Positions 12,350 to 27,075 of a DNA stretch of 64,000 bases are shown here, piece by piece. The DNA lies in NCBI GenBank assembly GCA_951406725.2, contig OX597827.1, forward strand, positions 41,912,001 through 41,976,000, in the 5' to 3' direction. Positions within the stretch are counted from its first letter, which is position 1, and each line of letters begins with the position of its first letter. Below the pieces are notes generated by a model. That model did no database searches, was not told where the DNA came from, and was given only the letters and a program-made list of their open reading frames with translations. Origin of the DNA: Octopus vulgaris. Its lineage: Eukaryota. The position numbers and the translations under genes were made by a program.

Positions 12350-13592
12350 TTTAAACTGCAATATTTGTCGAGTATATGTTTTTATATTCTATTACGCTGC
12401 TTTTGGTTATTATTATCAATTATTTCAATAAGCTGCAGTTGAGGCTTTTGTTGTTTAGCTCCCGGATCAGGTTAATCGTAGAAACTGCGACTCGCGGCGA
12501 GCTGGCAGAAACATTAGCATGCCGGGTGAAATGTTTAGTGGTATTTCGTCTGTCTCTATGTTATGAGTTCAAATTCCACTGAGGTCGACTTTGCCTTTCA
12601 TCCTTTCGGGGTTGATAAATTAAGTACCAGTTACGCACTAGGGTCGATGTAATCGACTTAACCCCTTTGTCTGTCCTTATTTGTCCCCTCTATGTTTCTT
12701 TGTGGGCAATAAAGAAATATGAAATTTCTGAATGGTACGCCGACTAAAGGTTGCCTTAAATTTTTTTAGTAGCCTTGTCATATGCGGCCTACTTCTCGAA
12801 AAAGGTTTTCTATGCCTGGAATACACAGACAACAGAAAGAATAATGACATGATTGCCTTCTTCTTAGACATTAACCCCATATTTTGAGATTTCCTGAAAA
12901 TATTTTATATTCATTTCATCTCAGAATCCAACAATTTATTGAAGCAAGAATAAGGACTTCGTGAGTCATCGTAACATGTGAAGGAGTGTCTCTGAGTGAA
13001 AGTGATATTAAAATGTCTTTTACGAAAGATTATCTTTCTTTTCCTTTGTTAATTCTTGCTGTGATCTTCTTGTCTTATTTATTACAAAGGACCAAAGCGA
13101 AGTATCATCTCACCAACAAAAACGTAAGATTTAACGATATTGTTTCTATTTATTCCATTCTATTTAATCCTATATTCTAAGATTTACATGATATATAATC
13201 TCCTACTCTCACAAAATAACGATAACCAGAACAAAATGCTAACAATGAAGTTAGTATCTACAGCAACACCACACATTGATAACATAATATGGTGATATCC
13301 TTTGAATAAGGTATCGACTGAGGCTCAGGGTGATAACTGCACTTCATGGAAATAACAACTAAATTACTAGATTACATTCTGTCAATGCAAAAATTGAAGG
13401 ACTCTTTGAAAAGTCAACTTCTACATATAAAAAACGATAGAGTGCTTGTGTTTGGAAAACCTTTCATTAATCTGACTCGGGAGCTAAACAACAAAAGCCT
13501 CAACTGCAGCTTATTGAAATAATAGGTAATAATAACAAAAAGCAGCATAACAGAATATAAAAACATATACTCGACAAATATTGCAGTTTAAA
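12350..13592. repeat. ~127-bp inverted repeat pair (12350-12476 / 13466-13592) with ~1-kb spacer
   Basis: tttaaactgcaatatttgtcgagtatatgttttt..ttgttgtttagctccc matches the reverse complement of 13466-13592. Confidence 0.9.
12495..12718 (+). mobile_element. tRNA-derived SINE family B
   Basis: ggcgagctggcagaaac..gagttcaaattcc..gcctttcatcctttcggggttgataaattaagtaccagtt. Confidence 0.88.
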
Positions 13593-13669
13593 CTACAACC
13601 TCAATAACAAAGTAACAATTGAATACTAAAGTAAGTACACAATAAGTGATATAGTAACATCGATGTAAC

Positions 13670-14315
13670 TAGAGGGAAAGGCAGGATGAGAGAAAGACGG
13701 AGAAAAGATAGGAAGAGGGCAAGATGGAAAGAAAGAGAAGGGAGAGGCGAAAAGAGAGAGGGAAGAGTTGGGGAGAGACTGAGAAGAGGAGAAAGAGGAG
13801 GATAGGTAAAAAAAACAAAGAGAATTCATTGAGGAGAGAGAAGAGAGAGTGGGGAGAGTACAATAGAGGGAAAGAGAAGGAAAAGAGAGAGAGATGAGAA
13901 TGAAGAGAGGGGCGAAAAGAAAGAGGGAAGAGGTGGGAAGAGACAGAGAAGAGGAGAATGAGGAGGATTGGCAAAAAAACAAAGAGAATTGAGTGAGGGG
14001 AAAGAGAAGGAAGAGAGAGTGGGGGAGAGTACAACAGAAGGAAGGAGAAGGAGAAGAGAGAGAGAAGAGAATGAAGAAAGAGAGAGGGAGCAAGGAGGGG
14101 CGAAAAGAAAGAGGGAAGGGGTGGGAAGAGACAGAGAGAAGAGGGGCCAAAAAGAGTAAAGAGGTAAAAAGCATAGGAGAGAAATTGAGTGACTGGAGAG
14201 GAGGAAAAGAGAGAGGGGAGGTAAAAGAGAGAACCAGGATATAGCAAAACAGAAAGAGAGAGGGGGAGAAGAAAAGGGGAGAGGGGAAAGACAGAGAGGT
14301 GAGAAGGGTAAGAGT
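13670..14315. repeat. Purine-rich (GA) tandem repeat with ~165-190-bp units
   Basis: ggcgaaaag at ~13746, 13911 and 14099; aaaaaaacaaagagaatt and ggggagagtacaa are duplicated. Confidence 0.85.
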
Positions 14316-14680
14316 GACACATGTACTTACATTTCAATCTAAATATGCAATCATTTGTATGTGAATGTGCGGATAAATATCTTTGAGTGTAAGGTGTAGG
14401 TAGATGTGTGCGTAGAACAAACGGTGAACAATATCAGACAATAATAAAAAAAACAAAAACAAAATCAAAAACAGAAAGCCTCAATAGGAAATGGATAAAG
14501 CCTAACAAGAAATAATATACTCTACAGAAAGATAAAAAGCTTCATAGCTATGGGTGTGTGCACGCATGTGTGAATGTGTGTGTGTGTGTGTGCAAATAAC
14601 GATAGTACTACAGACATATATACAGACACACTTTTACACACGCACACATATACAGTTATTTAAATAAATGATATATAGAG

Positions 14681-14747
<67 letters not shown>

Positions 14748-15639
14748 ATATATATATATATACATATATACATTTACTTATACAATTACATATATAATAA
14801 GTATATACAGTATATGCATATACATATGTATATAATATATATACATGGATATATATATATATATATAGAGAGAGAGATACGTATGCATATACATTTATTT
14901 ACCTATCAATATATATATACATATATACATATATATACATACATATCTATATATACATACGTATGTATATGCGTAAGTATATATCAATAAGATGTACATA
15001 TCTATACATATACATACACATGCTCATATATCTTTATATGTACACATATATATATATATATAAATGTATGTGTGTGTGTGTGTGTTATCATAAATACATT
15101 AACATAAATTAACAGCAGTATTAAAAAATGTTAACAAGATGACATTATATGAAAAAAGAAAATGCACATTAGAAACAGAAATAAAGAATAGAGAACAAGA
15201 TCAAATAACAACAAAACACAATACATATTAACAAAACAGTTGCATCAATATAATACAATATGAAAGGCATAACTAAATAAATAAAGAAGTAAATAAATGC
15301 CTTTTAACAAATGTAAGAAACGTAACATCATCAGCAGCAACAACTGAAAGCAATACAAAAGACTCGTCACCCCACATCCCGAAAAAAAACAAAAACAACA
15401 ATAATAACAATAACAATAATAATAATAATAATAATAATAACAACAACAACATGAATTGTGGTATCAACGTAAGCGCAAGCTTCAACAAAATGCATGGAAA
15501 TGTTATAACACATGAAAAAAAAACATTGATATGAACAACAAAAAAAGCTATAACGACAATAACAACAACAACAACAGCAAGATCAAGTAGATTTGTAACA
15601 AAAAGAAGGGTGCAAGAGGGAAGGTGAAATGCGAAAGAC

Positions 15640-16660
<1,021 letters not shown>

Positions 16661-17068
16661 AATATATATATATATATATATGTAAATGGATCTACTATTC
16701 ACTCTACTGTAAGACGCCATGATAAAATTAGCTGTCAAATGGCATTTCATGTTGTTACCTCCATTTTGATTTTTCGGTCCGTACTCCATATACATACATA
16801 CTTACGTACATACATACATATATACATACATACATACATCCATACATACATACATATATACATACATACATCCATCCATACATACATACATACATACCTA
16901 CATACACACATACATACATATATACATATATATATACATATATATCATGTAGTTTTCAAATTTACAGAAAACAAAAGACGAAGACAGGTACATACATACA
17001 TAGATACATACATGTATATATACATACATACATATATAGATAGATTATGTATGTATATATATATATGT

Positions 17069-17120
<52 letters not shown>

Positions 17121-17347
17121 GTATGTATGCATGTATATGTGGGTGTGTATGTGTCTGTGTGCGTATATATGTTAAATAACGATATACATGCACACACACA
17201 AAGACACACGCCCACATATATGTGTTTCTATGTGTATACATGTGTGTGTGTGTGTGTATGTGTGTTAATACAAAAATTACATACCCGTATATGAATGTAT
17301 TTATATATTAATATACAAATATACATATATATATAGATACGTATATA

Positions 17348-17385
<38 letters not shown>

Positions 17386-17463
17386 TATATATATATATAT
17401 ACATACTTATATACATATATATATACATACTTATATACATATATATATACATACGTATATATA

Positions 17464-17519
<56 letters not shown>

Positions 17520-17532
17520 CTTATATATATAT

Positions 17533-17685
17533 GATTGATTGATCTAGTTTCAGCTCACGAGCTGTGGCCATGCTGGGGCACCGCCATTTGGTGTTGCTAC
17601 ATGGTTTTACTTCACGAATGCTTTTTAGCAACTGCCATTTGGTGCATGAGAGAGTTCGATGCAGCTGCCCTCATCTGACCTCCTG

Positions 17686-17688
<3 letters not shown>
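17533..17688 (-). mobile_element. Short retroelement 3' end sharing the SINE-A tail (possible partner LINE end)
   Basis: Minus strand ends GGCGGTGCCCCAGCATGGCCACAGC..CTGAAACTAG(ATCA)n, but the upstream sequence differs from SINE A. Confidence 0.5.
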
Positions 17689-17752
<64 letters not shown>

Positions 17753-18020
17753 CCTTAATTCTTATTGGGGCATCTTTAAAATAGGTGTGATACAAGCGAT
17801 AATATGGTAAACAGGGTGTTCGGACATCATGTCTGAGTCCCAGTGTCCGGGGTGGGGGTCGGGGATTAGATTGGACGGAGGTGAACATAGGTATGAGTGA
17901 AATCGTTGTTATAGCCGGTTGGCAGTCGGAGATTGTCTTACGTTCGGAAAGAAAAGATGGCCCTGAAAAAAATTAGATGGGGAAAAAAGACGCCCTACAT
18001 GCATTCAGTGATAACAACAT

Positions 18021-18102
<82 letters not shown>

Positions 18103-18464
18103 ACACACACATACACACATACACGCGCACACACACACACACACACAATTGAAATATTCTATGTCACTCTAAATGTATAAAATCATTGCCGTTATATACA
18201 TTTTTATTAGAGTAGCATATATATGCATATGCACATATATATGTATATATTAGTGTATATTTTGTATACATATATATATATGCCCCCACCCCCACACACA
18301 TAGATAAAAATATATTTATGCATGAATGTACAAGCGCCTGTGAATTCATGTTTGTGTGCATGAGATGGGTGTCTGAAATACACTCTTTGCTCTGCAAACG
18401 AATGTTTATGAACATAAAAATAAATACAGTCATATACACACTTATATATATATATATATATATG

Positions 18465-19556
18465 CTAGCTGGTGTACCCGGTAATTCCCAGGGGTAAAGA
18501 TATTTCTATTGAAACGCATTATTACTCTGAAAAAGGAAAGCAATTTCGTTATAACTGCCACAAAATGTGTATTTTCCGTCACAAAAATTACAAAAACTGT
18601 CAGCTGGGTGAGGGAGAGATTGTTGGAGGTTGGTGAAAGAGCTTTTCCTAGGTTGGCGAGAAAGATTGTCGGTGGTTGGTGAGAGAGGTTGCCGGAGGTT
18701 GGCGAGGGGCAAAGACATTATTCTGTTTAGCGAAGGATAAAAACTATTGTGTTACCGTGAGAAAAGCGCTGTTGAAGTGTTAAGAGAAAGTTGGCAATCG
18801 AGGATCGAATCCACGCTATGCCGGCATGAAGCCACTACAAATACGTTGTGGAATAAAAATTTATCAACTTTCATGGAAAAAGTGTAACTGTAAAAATGCA
18901 GAATTATTGGAGTAATGGGCATTCAAAAAAGTATGTATGTATAGAAATGTATGAATGAAGTCTTTAAGGAAGTTCAATAATAACGTTTAGCAGTTCAAAA
19001 CTGTGAGTAGGGAAATGCAGAATTAGGTCGGATGATCGTGAGAATCAAATATTGCAGGTGGTATGGGGTATTTTACCTTGGGTTGTTTAAATAAATTATT
19101 AGAAATATGTAGTAGATAGAAGGATCCACTGGAAGGGTCCTATTATCGAGTTTTTCAACAATCTAAGTATGTCACGAGGTTTCCAGACATGAGTTCTACT
19201 CACGTGTCAAAAAAAGTATAAAAGTGATATTGTCTGCAAAAATTAGAAATAGGACACACAAAAAAATCAATATTCATAGTAATCGAACATAAACAATGAA
19301 ATGGGTTATTTCCCTTGAGTGTTTAAAAAATATTGTACAGGTGCTATGGGCTATTTCCCTTGGGTGTTTAAGAAAATTAGTTACATGAGGTGGATATAAA
19401 AGTCCCTTGCAGGGGCCGTACATTCGATTTTCAAGTCTCGTAGTTTCCAGACATGACTTCTACTCACGTGTCAAGTTTCATCAAAATCAATAAAACGTTG
19501 TAGGAGTTAGCTAGCTACGCCACAAGCACACACCGATTTTCCATATATGTAGTAGA
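18465..19556 (-). mobile_element. Non-autonomous Helitron (Lep1-like architecture)
   Basis: Minus strand starts A^TC (TCTACTACATATATGG) and ends with a CCCTGG..CCGGG hairpin plus CTAG; contains the aagtttcatcaaaatc motif; internal duplication 19048-19210 / 19329-19473. Confidence 0.65.
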
Positions 19557-19566
19557 TATACGTGTG

Positions 19567-19618
<52 letters not shown>

Positions 19619-19623
19619 CATAT

Positions 19624-19795
19624 ATCATGATTGACTGTTAAAGCCACAAGTTTTTTTCATTCTCTCTCTGTTTATTTCCTCATGTTCCTTTCTGTTGAAG
19701 AACGTATGCTCGAAGCGTAAAAGACTTTCTCACCTTTCCGAGAGTCAAACTAATACACCTGTCTTCGACTTTTGTTTTTCTGTAAATTTCAACTA
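19624..19795 (+). mobile_element. Penelope pLTR-like short element with a degenerate hammerhead motif (19688-19723)
   Basis: Homologous to 56870-57033; CTTT-CTGTTGA-A-GAAC..GCTC-GAAG-CG-TA-AAAG; lies between (TA)n and (TCTA)n. Confidence 0.65.
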
Positions 19796-20173
<378 letters not shown>

Positions 20174-20183
20174 ATGCATATAT

Positions 20184-20291
<108 letters not shown>

Positions 20292-20456
20292 CTACATGCA
20301 TACATAGACACATATCTATATATACTCACATGTGTGTTTGTGTGTATATATATACATATATATTTGTATATACATATATACTCGCATATATATATATACA
20401 TATATATATACGTGTGTGTGTATATATCTATGTATATATATATATGTATGTTTATA

Positions 20457-20497
<41 letters not shown>

Positions 20498-20744
20498 GTA
20501 ATATATATATATAAGCATAAATATACACATACCCATATGTATGTAAATATTTACATACACACTCACTTACACACACATTCGCATACACAGGCACATGTAT
20601 ACGTGTATAAATTTATGTAGGAATTATGTATGAATGCCATTGTCTGAGCAAATGTATGCAACTGTTAACATGGCGATAGATAAATTGAGATTAATGTGTT
20701 AATAGTAAATGCCATTAAAGAGGTGAACCGGGACACGTGCATGT

Positions 20745-20784
<40 letters not shown>

Positions 20785-20882
20785 GCGTGTGTGTGTGTGT
20801 CTGTCTGTCTTTGTGTTTGTGTATGTATATATATACATAATGTGTGTGTATATATTGGTATATTCAATGTATGAATTGACAC

Positions 20883-20937
20883 ATCGTTGCTAATAGTTTT
20901 ATGACCGAGTTAAAACCTCAATCAATCTTCGGACGAT
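20883..20937 (-). ncRNA. Degenerate minimal type-I hammerhead ribozyme
   Basis: Stem I ATCGT/ACGAT, core CCGAAGA, stem II TGATTGAG/CTCGGTCA, AAAAC, CTATTAG; several core mutations. Confidence 0.45.
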
Positions 20938-21149
20938 ATAAATGCAGCCACTTAACACAAAGCCTCTCGCTACTGAAACGAAACCTTACAGCAAACAAGT
21001 GGCTTCCTGACAGGCTGTTCCTCTTTGAATGACACATTTGAATAGAGAAATCAGAATCTAGTAAATCGTCTGGAAGCGTTTCTGAGGTTAACTTTAGTTT
21101 GGGATTTAAAATAATGGGCCGTCACGAAAAGAAATAATTGCAGTGTGAA

Positions 21150-22190
21150 AGAAGGAAAATAATGTGTAAGGTTTTGAGGAAGAAATACCTGACAATACAA
21201 AGAGCATATATTACGGCTCCTAAATCTCTATCAACACTCTAGACTTCCCTAGTGCGCATTGTCATATTGATGATGATATATAACTGTGCACTTTTGAAGA
21301 TCACTGCACTTTGGCAATGATCTGCTCAAGGTAAATATGAAAAAGATAAAATATCACCGGTTCAGTCGATATTTGTTTGAAGACATTCGATAGTGCAGAT
21401 TTTTGCCATCTATTCGGTCCATATATACTAGATGCAGTAGATATATGCGCGAAACAGTTCGCAAGAAATTTCTAACATCATATATCAGATTATACAGAGA
21501 TGATGGGCTGGCTGTATCACAACATTTCAGCGGTCATACCCTACACACATTTCGAGAAACCTGATTATCTATTTTTTTATCGTTCGCCCTACACATAACC
21601 ATCACCACTTCCTTCAGCGCTATAGATTCAAACTTATTGTAAATACACTGATTAATACATATCTTAAAATAAACTAAAAGAGAAACTATCACATTAATAT
21701 CATCTCATGTCACCTACGCATACCTTTTAAAAACCTGTCAGTAGCATTTGTAGGGTGATGCCATTACACTTTAATATGGTAGCGTATTAAAGCTTTAGCT
21801 CCAATTAGAAAATGTTTTGAAACAAAGGTTTTATTCCAGACAAGTCAAACCCTTATTTTAAAATTCTTTAGCTGTGCAAATGGAGTGAAATGTAAGATTA
21901 TCTTGACCACAACCCACTCAGCCTTATAATACTAGGTAGAAGCTCCGTAAAATTATTCGATTCATACTCCGCTTTTAATTAAGCAATACGTATAATATTG
22001 CCGAACATGTCCTAAACATGACAGATAAAGTGAGTTACAGCTGTATTTCCTACATGAAAATATGATATCACACAACCGCATAAAATTTACAACTATTAAG
22101 TGCACATACAGAAGCTCTGATGCATACCAGCAAGAAAATTCAGGCAATGCAGAAGCGGTAATATATGAGACAAAAGTCAGCTTTACAAAA
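21150..22190 (+). mobile_element. Decayed Penelope-like element reverse transcriptase fragment
   Basis: TFDSADFCHLFGPYILDA (~21383) and IRLYRDDGLAVSQHFSG (21484-21534) match the PLE motifs GSxDxAExCELVGxYIL and GLYRDDGL; many stops and frameshifts; outer boundaries approximate. Confidence 0.75.
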
Positions 22191-22377
22191 CAGCCACATT
22201 ATACTCTCTCTTTTACTCTTTTACTTGTTTCAGTCATTTGACTGCGGCCATGCTGGAGCACCACCTTTAGTCGACGATAGCAAGGAAAGCAACAGCTACA
22301 ACAACGAAACAACGATAACAGCAACATCATCATCGTCATCGACAGCAACAATGACAACAACATCAGTAAAAACAACA

Positions 22378-22656
22378 TACTCTTTTATTTGTTTCAGTCA
22401 TTTGACTGCGGCCATGCTGGAGCAACACCTTTAGTCGAGCAAATCTGCCCTAGGTCTTATTCTTTGGAAGCCCAGTACTTATTCTATCGGTCTCTTTTGT
22501 CGATCCGCTAATTTACGGGGACGTAAACACACCACCATCGGTGGTCGGCCCGAGGCTATAGTAGAAGACACTTGCCCAAGGTGCCACGCGGTGGGACTGA
22601 ACCCGGAACCATGTGGTTAGTAAGCAAGCTACTTAACACACAGCTACTCCTGCGCC
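22378..22656 (-). mobile_element. SINE family A (internally deleted), with an extra tail fragment at 22203-22273
   Basis: Matches the head and tail of 3647-4058. Confidence 0.88.
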
Positions 22657-23374
22657 TATAGAGCATAAATATTACATTAGTATGAGTGAAAATATATTTA
22701 AAAGGCATCACTTCAACCACGTATCATCATGCAGACACAGAGAGAAGAATACGAAAACAGTAATGATATACAGAATTTGAAAGTCACGATGTAGATGTTG
22801 ACATCAAATAGAAAATCCTTGAATGGAAGAGACATTAATGAGTAAATAAGGTGCATTTTAAATTTCCGCGGAATCTTGAATACCATCAACCATTCCATGA
22901 ATTATCCAAGCGCAAACCAAAGAAGGTTTCCCAAATGTCAACACATCCATAAGTATCTGCTAAAATTTAATAGATGCACACTAGCAACGGATTAAGTAGC
23001 GTGAAATTGCTCTCTTATGCGCTTGCACTCATGTTTCTTCTGTTGTGTCGTATATTTTCCTCCAAAAAGATGCGTTCTAGCACGTTTGGAAGACATTTCA
23101 TTCATGCAGGGTCCGCCATATTGGGACTGATAACATCACCACCACCACCACCATCAACAACAACAACAACAAAGACAACAACAACAAGTGTGATACTTCA
23201 GTAATCAGTAAACTTCCATTTTTTTTTAGATTGAAGAGTGTTAGCTTTGTTAATTTTTTATGATTTTTTCCCCCACTCGTATATATTAAGATATTGCTAA
23301 TTTCGCTGAAGTAGTCATCTCTCACTTAATAATCTCAACAATAAAAGATTTTGCATAAAACAATTTTGATTACC

Positions 23375-23631
<257 letters not shown>

Positions 23632-26400
23632 TTACTCTTAATCTTCGTGCTTGTTACAATCGCTTGCCGAGACACACCCAGCGTCCTTGAGCGAGTGAAG
23701 GTCAAGTTTGGGGAAGGGAAGTGGCAGGGGCAGTAGCGAAATATCTTCATGTAATACGACACAGACATTTAAATTGATAGGGTTTTTCTAAGGATGTGAG
23801 CAGTACTTGCCAAGATAATCTTTTGGATTTCTCTGGGACATGGTTCTCCTGGGATATTATCTAGATGTTTCTGACATCCCTTTCTTATATACATAGGATA
23901 CCCACAATAACAGGAACAGTTCTCGCTTTGAGATGTCACATCTTTTGTATTTCAATTTCCAGGTCCTTATATTTACTTAATTTGTCAAGTTCCCTTACAG
24001 ATATATTTTTATCAGTGGGAACACTTACATCTATTAGTCTACAAGTCTTTACTGATTATGTCTGTTCGATTAGCTTGGATCGTTCTGTCGGTGTTGACTG
24101 GAAAATCTCAAACGATAGTGACTTTTTACCTTCAAAGATTGACTCAGAATGATGTACATACAAGTAAGCAGCTGATTTTGTAGTGCTTACATATTTTCCA
24201 ATGGAAATACTGTCTTACCCTATCGTAGCGATTTTTGTATTCATTTGGTGTCAGTACAGGATATCCAGAGACGAGATGTCTCGGGATGTCCTATGCTGAA
24301 ACCAAACTACTCTGTAGGCGCAAGAAAACTGCACATGGAGACAATATGATCAATGGTTTCATTTTGTTGTTTGCATACATGACATGTTGCGCTATTGCCG
24401 TTCTTTTATATGTTGGTCTGGTAGCTCCTTGTAGGTAGGAATTGATCTTGGGCTATTTAATAAATCTTTCTGTTTCTGATTTTAAACCAGAAGACACTAG
24501 CCATTGATGGATAAAGGTTTTGTCGACATCGGCATTATTAGCTTTCTTTGAGAGGTTTTTCTTGCCTTTTATCAGTAAGAATCTCTAAGGCAGCAGTTTT
24601 AGTACGGGTTTTCATACATTTAGCTTTTTCTGTGCTTGTTTCCAGTACGTCTAATTCTGGGATTTGCTGTATTCAGAATTCACGTAGATATTCCTTTGTC
24701 TGTTTTGTTACTGAATATGATGTTTTCTTGTTTTCATGCTTTAAGACAAGTTTTAACATGCAGTCATCAGAATTCTTTAGGTAGGTGTTTAGGCCTATTG
24801 TGGCAATCTTCATTGTTAATTCCAGTTGTAAAAGTCCACAACTACACTCTTTTCTTGGCAGGTAAAGTCGTTCTATAGCTGCCGTAGGGCGGCGCATTCT
24901 ATGCATTGTCAACAATTTTCGTATTTTTCTATCAAGATTACGCATTTCAGTAATTGACCAGTTAATAATAGTTAACCTGTAAGTCACGACCAGTATGGCT
25001 AATGTAGTGATCGCTTCGATCTTGTTTCTTCATTCAGCTCTGTCTTGAGTATTGCCCTTACCCTGCGATAACATTCTCTTCTGATCCTGTCCTTCATCAT
25101 TGAGTATTTGATTCCATCACCTTCAAATATCCCAAGGTATTTGTAGCTCTTCGCCGGTTCTAAATTCTTTATGACACTCTGCTAGTCAAGATAACGTTGA
25201 ATGTTTCTATAATTTTTCTCCGGACAGAGGTAGCTTTTGCACAGTTTTCTAGGCCAATTTCGTCCTGATGTCATCACTGAATTGTCTAACAATTGCTAGT
25301 AAGTCCTGTAGTTATTGGTCTCTTTTTTTAACAAAGAACTTTAAATCAACCGTGTAAATGAGATGATTTATATTTTTATCAAACATTTTATAACCGTATT
25401 GTACATCATGGAGCAATTTCATGAGAGGTATTAAGGTCAGACAAAAGAGAAGTTGTGATAGAGAGTCACCCTGGAAAATACTACATGAAATTCTTACATC
25501 TCCAGCATTGAGAGATTCATTGTCACTGTTTAAAGTCAGTGTGGTTCTCCATGATCTCATACTTACAGACAAAAAGTTTCGCAGAGTAGGCGCTATTTTA
25601 TACATTTTCAGACATTTCTTAATCCAGCTATGTGGCAAACTATCAAAAACGTTTCTATAGACTACCGAAGCTATCGACAAGTTCTTGTGTCGTTTGTGAC
25701 AATCTTCCAAGATCATAATATTGATGAGTAGCTAATCTTTACAACCATAGGACCTACGTTTACATCTTTTTTGCTCATTACGGAATATGTCACTTCCTAT
25801 TCAAACACTACACGTATATTCAATGAAGGCAGATTTTAGATGCTTATCTGTTACATTAATTCTTTCTATTTTTACTGCATTTTAATCAGGCCTGGGCTGG
25901 TCTATAATTATTTCCTCTGTAGTATCTTCTTTAGCTGCAACTTCGTTACCTTTATCTCTTACTGATTGTTTAATTTGGTCAATCTCTAATTCAGTTAGTA
26001 ATTTCTCATTAATAATATTTCTTCTCACGTTGGCAAGTATGTTACTGTCTATGTCGGATCTTACCTCAAGGTGCTTCTGTCTTCAATTTAAGTAGGTTTG
26101 TTCAGTATTAGATTTATTTGTGGGGAAATACATGGCATGGTAGAAGGCCTTAAGAACTTAACTTCTTTATTATCTCCCCTAGACCATTTTTTCATTCTTT
26201 TTATTTTAGTTATTTGATGACGAGCGTAGATGGCCATCTGATGGAATATTCCGGTTGTGGGGTGCTTCCAGCTCCTGTGTTTCGCGAAGACTTGAACCAG
26301 TAGCTGATGTTTTGATACCCAGTCTGGTTCATCACCCTTGTTGAACAGGGTGACGGCCGATCCGTTTTGTACTTTGCTTTCTTATCATTGAGACATGACG
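23632..26400 (-). mobile_element. Large decayed R4/Dong-type retrotransposon: N-terminal domain, RT, CCHC and RLE; internally deleted and chimeric
   Basis: KKWSRGDNKEV..LANVRRNII..LEIDQIK (~26190-25970); RT FDSLPHSWI..IFQGDSLS..INHLIYTVDLK (25312-25716); RLYLPRKE..GL; CHVC..DHIVSMC; NRTDII..IDVSVP..KLSKYKDL..TAHILRKTLSI*; 3' end joins (TAA)n. The 5' UTR may extend to ~27075. Confidence 0.88.
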
Positions 26401-27075
26401 AGCTTGGACATTGCCATTAGGGGACGGATCTGTCTGTTTAGGGTTAATCTTTTGACGCAACACCGCCTCCAAGTTCTATGAATGAAAACATTGCTCGTAC
26501 CGTAGCTCCGTAAGGTTAACAGATCTGTATTCGTCTGTGTATTTTTGTTGATAAATTTATCTCCGGGCTTAGTTTTTGTGGTGTTTTGAAACTTATGAAC
26601 TGTTAACTTTGTATTAGTTCGAAAAAAGAAAAAGTTTTTGAATTGTCTTGCTTCGTTTGTGACACGAACTTTCATATGCGTGTATGTGTGTCCTGTAAAT
26701 TTCAAGTAGTTATGTAAACATTGGGATGTATGTGTAGTCCCTACGGGTATTAAAATGTATACATGATTGTGTAGACATTCGAGTGCATGCGTAATTAATC
26801 AATTTACATACTTACGGTTTTGTTCCACCTATATTTTATAATTTGTAAACTTTCCGATGCTGATTTTGCATGTGTCTTTTGCACATGATTCACAGACATC
26901 GTGCATGTCTGGCAATAAAATTTCGTTTTGGTGATTATTTTCGTTAAAAGACCGCTTCCTTCAAGTCTTCTACAGGTTCTTTTAACCCATTCCACCGATG
27001 TTATTAGATTAGATTTGTCTTTGAATGGAGAGCCCGGTGTAGCACATCAATGTTGTTATTCAGCGCGGAGTCGCC

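Noticed and set aside
26380-27075. HDV-like ribozyme at the R4/Dong 5' end
   Set aside because: Could not assemble the P1-P4 nested pseudoknot by eye
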